Below, in pieces: positions 56,039-58,360 of a stretch of 58,360 nucleotides of DNA. How positions within the stretch are numbered: the stretch's first letter is position 1; each line of letters opens with the position of its first letter. The notes beneath the pieces were generated by a model that was given only the letters and a program-made list of their open reading frames with translations, was not told the DNA's origin and searched no databases. Source of the stretch: an uncultured Planctomycetales bacterium (GTDB taxonomy: Bacteria > Omnitrophota > Gorgyraeia > Aquiviventales > Aquiviventaceae); contig CAYJWN010000001.1 in the NCBI GenBank assembly GCA_964373835.1, positions 1-58,360 of the forward strand, written 5' to 3'. The position numbers and the translations under genes were made by a program.

Positions 56039-56462
56039 GAAGCTCCTGCGAAATGAACGCCATCTTCTTGTGGAACAACGTCTCCTCCAGGGCTCTCAGG
56101 TCAGCCGAGTCCATGAAGTCGCGGTACGCGAAGGCCTTATACTCAAGAAAGTCCAACGGCTCACCATACAGCAGGGTTCCGCCGCTGAGGATCTCGTACC
56201 GGAACAACGGATCGGCTTGGCGCAGCAAGACCACATCCACCTCGTATCCAGCAAAGACATCCGACAACGCCTGGGAGGCGGCCCCCCACCACTCCAGGCT
56301 TCCGTCGCTGCGCCCAACGAGTGCGAGGTCCACGTCACTTTCTGGTCCTGGCGGCGGTGTCCCAGTGGAGCGCGATCCGTACAGGATGACCAGTTGAAGC
56401 CCCAGCTCTTGGCAGACGCGCTCCAGACGTTGCGCGTCATAGCTGACAAACGGCGAGGTCAT
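56025..56462 (-). CDS. Minimal nucleotidyltransferase (MntA-type antitoxin-like), now orphan
   Basis: [26 protein letters not shown] (GS...DxD NTase motif). ATG 56462 forms an ATGA overlap with the UXS stop (56459-56462). Confidence 0.7.
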   Translation of the reverse strand: MTSPFVSYDAQRLERVCQELGLQLVILYGSRSTGTPPPGPESDVDLALVGRSDGSLEWWGAASQALSDVFAGYEVDVVLLRQADPLFRYEILSGGTLLYGEPLDFLEYKAFAYRDFMDSADLRALEETLFHKKMAFISQELHGAP

Positions 56463-58360
56463 CTGGTGCTCAAAGCGGCAAACCAACCCATCGTGACGGA
56501 AAGCCCCTCCTGTAAGCTGACGCGCGGTCGCCAGCCGTTTAGCAGCCGCGTGGCCACCGTGATATCAGGACAGCGCTGCTTCGGGTCATCCTGCGGCAGG
56601 GGGCGAAACACGATCGGGCTCTTGCTGTTCGTCAACTCGAGGATGCGCTGAGCGAGCGCAAGAATCGTGTACTCCTCAGGATTGCCGAGGTTGACAGGGT
56701 CGTGATAGTCGGCCCGGGTCAGCCGGACAATTCCCTCGACCAGATCGTCAATATAGCAGAAGGAGCGGGTTTGGCTGCCGTCGCCAAACACGGTCAGGGG
56801 TTCCCCGCGGAGCGCTTGGGTGACGAACGCGGGGATTGCGCGGCCGTCTTCGGCTCGCATCCGTGGACCGTACGTGTTGTGGCAAAATACCCCATTCCCT
56901 GCCACGAAATTTTCAGTACCCGGAACGGAGAAGTCGTACACAAAGTTCGTCGGCTCGCAGGGTTCGATCGCGGTAATTTTCGACCAGATCAAATCGCCGG
57001 TTCGCGTGGCGTTGAGGGTTTGCCGAACGCCGGTATCCCACCGTAAGACGTCAAAGGAATCCACCTCGCAGACCGTGACTCTGAAAAACGGAAACCGACG
57101 ATCGCCGTATCGTTGACGAAACCTGGTCGTATACTGTCCTACGGAAGCCACGATCCCAAAACGCAGCAAAAGATACGTCAGATCGGTCGCCAGCTCTTCG
57201 CTCGTGGTGCTGAAGCACAATTCGTTACCGAGTTTTTTCCCACTGTGGGTCCCATCGCCTTCCCGGTAGCCCTCCAAGACATGCTTGACACGAGAGAGCG
57301 GCAACTGCATCACCCACGCTGGAATTCTCTTGTCGCGGAGCACACCGATCATCTCATCGAAGAGCACATACAACAGCTGCGAATGCACAAACAACCCAGG
57401 AGCACGCTGGCGGCTGGCCGGAACCATGACCGTGTGACACCCAAGACCGGTGAGAATCGCTGCGGCCCGATCGAGGAACACCTGGTCCGAGGAGAATGTC
57501 AACAAGGCACTCTTGCCGGGTTGACGATGTGACGAGCCCTCAGCCAAAAAGAACCCAATCAGCCAGAGGAGGTCCGATGTCAGCGGGATCGTGGCTGGAA
57601 GCCGAATACGCGCTCCACCTTTGTAGACACGCAGCTGGGCATCAGACGGAATGGCCACACCCAATCGACGAACCACCGCAAGGGGCAACATCCCTTCGCG
57701 CCAGTACTTCCGCAAAGCGCACGAGAGGCCGTTGTTGAGTCGCTTCGCATGGAATCTGTTGCTAGCAGCCAAGAAGGTACGGATCTCCCCACGACGACGC
57801 TCGATGACCTGCCGCAGTGAGGGGGAGTGGATGGCATAATTCCACAAGGCGTCTTCGGATCGTCGTTGCATCAGTACTTCAGCCAGATGGAACGCCTCCA
57901 CGTCCTTTTCAACGACAGGAACACGCGCTGGAATCGCGACGTAATCACCCACTTGTAGCTGTCGGACAGGAATAGCGGTTGGCTGGCTATGTGCGTCCCT
58001 CGTAAACACGCTATGATCCCCCGTCACCTTGACCCTCCTGCCGTACCGAAGAGACAGGGCGTAGCAGTCCGTGTGACAGGGGTGCTTAATCATTGCGCTG
58101 ACGGGCGCAAGTGAAATTTGACACGTCACTGGATCAAACGTCGGCACCAAGATGCTGGGAGACTCGAGCGCCAACCGTGACTCCACTCGGTTCACGTAGG
58201 TTCCGATCGGTTCAAGATGCATATCATGATCGTTAAAAAGCATCACGGTCTCATCCGCGAGGATGCTGTTAAAGATCCTGACGATGCGCGTATCGACGCC
58301 ATGCGCCCGGTGATAGGCCATCGTCATGGCTTCGGCGAATCGCTTCGCCTCGTCGTAGAC
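56459..58360 (-). CDS. UDP-glucuronate decarboxylase (UXS)/extended-SDR dehydratase-like gene, 5-prime partial (continues beyond the window), interrupted by an intein
   Basis: The reading frame is open to the window edge: [31 protein letters not shown] | intein | [49 protein letters not shown]...[15 protein letters not shown]. The Rossmann N-terminus lies outside the window. Confidence 0.85.
   Translation of the reverse strand, partial: VYDEAKRFAEAMTMAYHRAHGVDTRIVRIFNSILADETVMLFNDHDMHLEPIGTYVNRVESRLALESPSILVPTFDPVTCQISLAPVSAMIKHPCHTDCYALSLRYGRRVKVTGDHSVFTRDAHSQPTAIPVRQLQVGDYVAIPARVPVVEKDVEAFHLAEVLMQRRSEDALWNYAIHSPSLRQVIERRRGEIRTFLAASNRFHAKRLNNGLSCALRKYWREGMLPLAVVRRLGVAIPSDAQLRVYKGGARIRLPATIPLTSDLLWLIGFFLAEGSSHRQPGKSALLTFSSDQVFLDRAAAILTGLGCHTVMVPASRQRAPGLFVHSQLLYVLFDEMIGVLRDKRIPAWVMQLPLSRVKHVLEGYREGDGTHSGKKLGNELCFSTTSEELATDLTYLLLRFGIVASVGQYTTRFRQRYGDRRFPFFRVTVCEVDSFDVLRWDTGVRQTLNATRTGDLIWSKITAIEPCEPTNFVYDFSVPGTENFVAGNGVFCHNTYGPRMRAEDGRAIPAFVTQALRGEPLTVFGDGSQTRSFCYIDDLVEGIVRLTRADYHDPVNLGNPEEYTILALAQRILELTNSKSPIVFRPLPQDDPKQRCPDITVATRLLNGWRPRVSLQEGLSVTMGWFAALSTR
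56876..58267 (-). mobile_element. Full-length intein (464 aa) with LAGLIDADG homing-endonuclease domain
   Basis: The intein splits the conserved RIFN|TYGPRM motif. Block [11 protein letters not shown] (Ser1), block [11 protein letters not shown] (TxxH), LAGLIDADG-like [12 protein letters not shown] and [12 protein letters not shown], blocks [25 protein letters not shown], followed by Thr+1. Codon positions were verified on the nucleotide sequence (aac 56878-56876, acg 56875-56873). Confidence 0.85.

Noticed and set aside
56025-56462. Nucleotidyltransferase as an aminoglycoside/antibiotic nucleotidyltransferase resistance gene
   Set aside because: It is only about 145 aa with a minimal GS...DxD NTase core, and the start of a HepT-like ORF overlaps its 3-prime end. 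This fits an MntA-type antitoxin rather than an ANT enzyme.
1-58360. Search for tRNA, rRNA, CRISPR repeats, IS elements/transposases, integrases and long direct or inverted repeats
   Set aside because: None were recognised by eye. No integrase, transposase or Cas-like translation appears in any frame of the ORF track. The only mobile element I can support is the intein.

Overview
High-GC bacterial window (about 60-67% G+C in hand-counted 60-nt lines). Every gene I can support lies on the minus strand. From an MsbA/PglK-type ABC exporter (start 53940) down to a methyltransferase ending at 167 there are about 50 ORFs. No intergenic gap in that stretch exceeds about 70 nt, and I read at least 22 start/stop overlaps directly (ATGA, or TAATG/TGATG). 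This is one very large surface-glycan biosynthesis array. Recognisable modules: (i) CDP-3,6-dideoxyhexose genes rfbF-rfbG-rfbH, with rfbH fused to an SDR domain. (ii) A complete legionaminic-acid-type nonulosonic acid set: legB, legC, NeuD-type acetyltransferase, legG/neuC, legI/neuB, legF/neuA and a PtmE-type CBS-nucleotidyltransferase, plus the WbpG/HisH/HisF amidotransferase trio. (iii) Three B12-binding radical SAM enzymes, four class I methyltransferases plus one degenerate paralogue, an HpcH aldolase and an FAD oxidoreductase. (iv) A module I cannot map to any known pathway: a dehydroquinate-synthase-like sugar phosphate cyclase, a GmhA-like SIS protein, Gfo/Idh/MocA and SDR oxidoreductases, a cytidylyltransferase-cupin fusion and a P-loop protein. 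(v) Four GT2 enzymes, two large polytopic membrane proteins and two large orphan proteins. Upstream (54.1-58.4 kb) lie a transaldolase, a wHTH regulator, a decayed mntA-hepT module next to a divergent UXS 3-prime remnant, and a UDP-glucuronate-decarboxylase-like gene. That gene runs off the window edge and is interrupted by a 464-aa LAGLIDADG intein. I saw no tRNA, rRNA, CRISPR array or IS element. All calls come from motif reading of the supplied translations and the nucleotide sequence. No searches were run, so family names are best guesses and specificities are inference.
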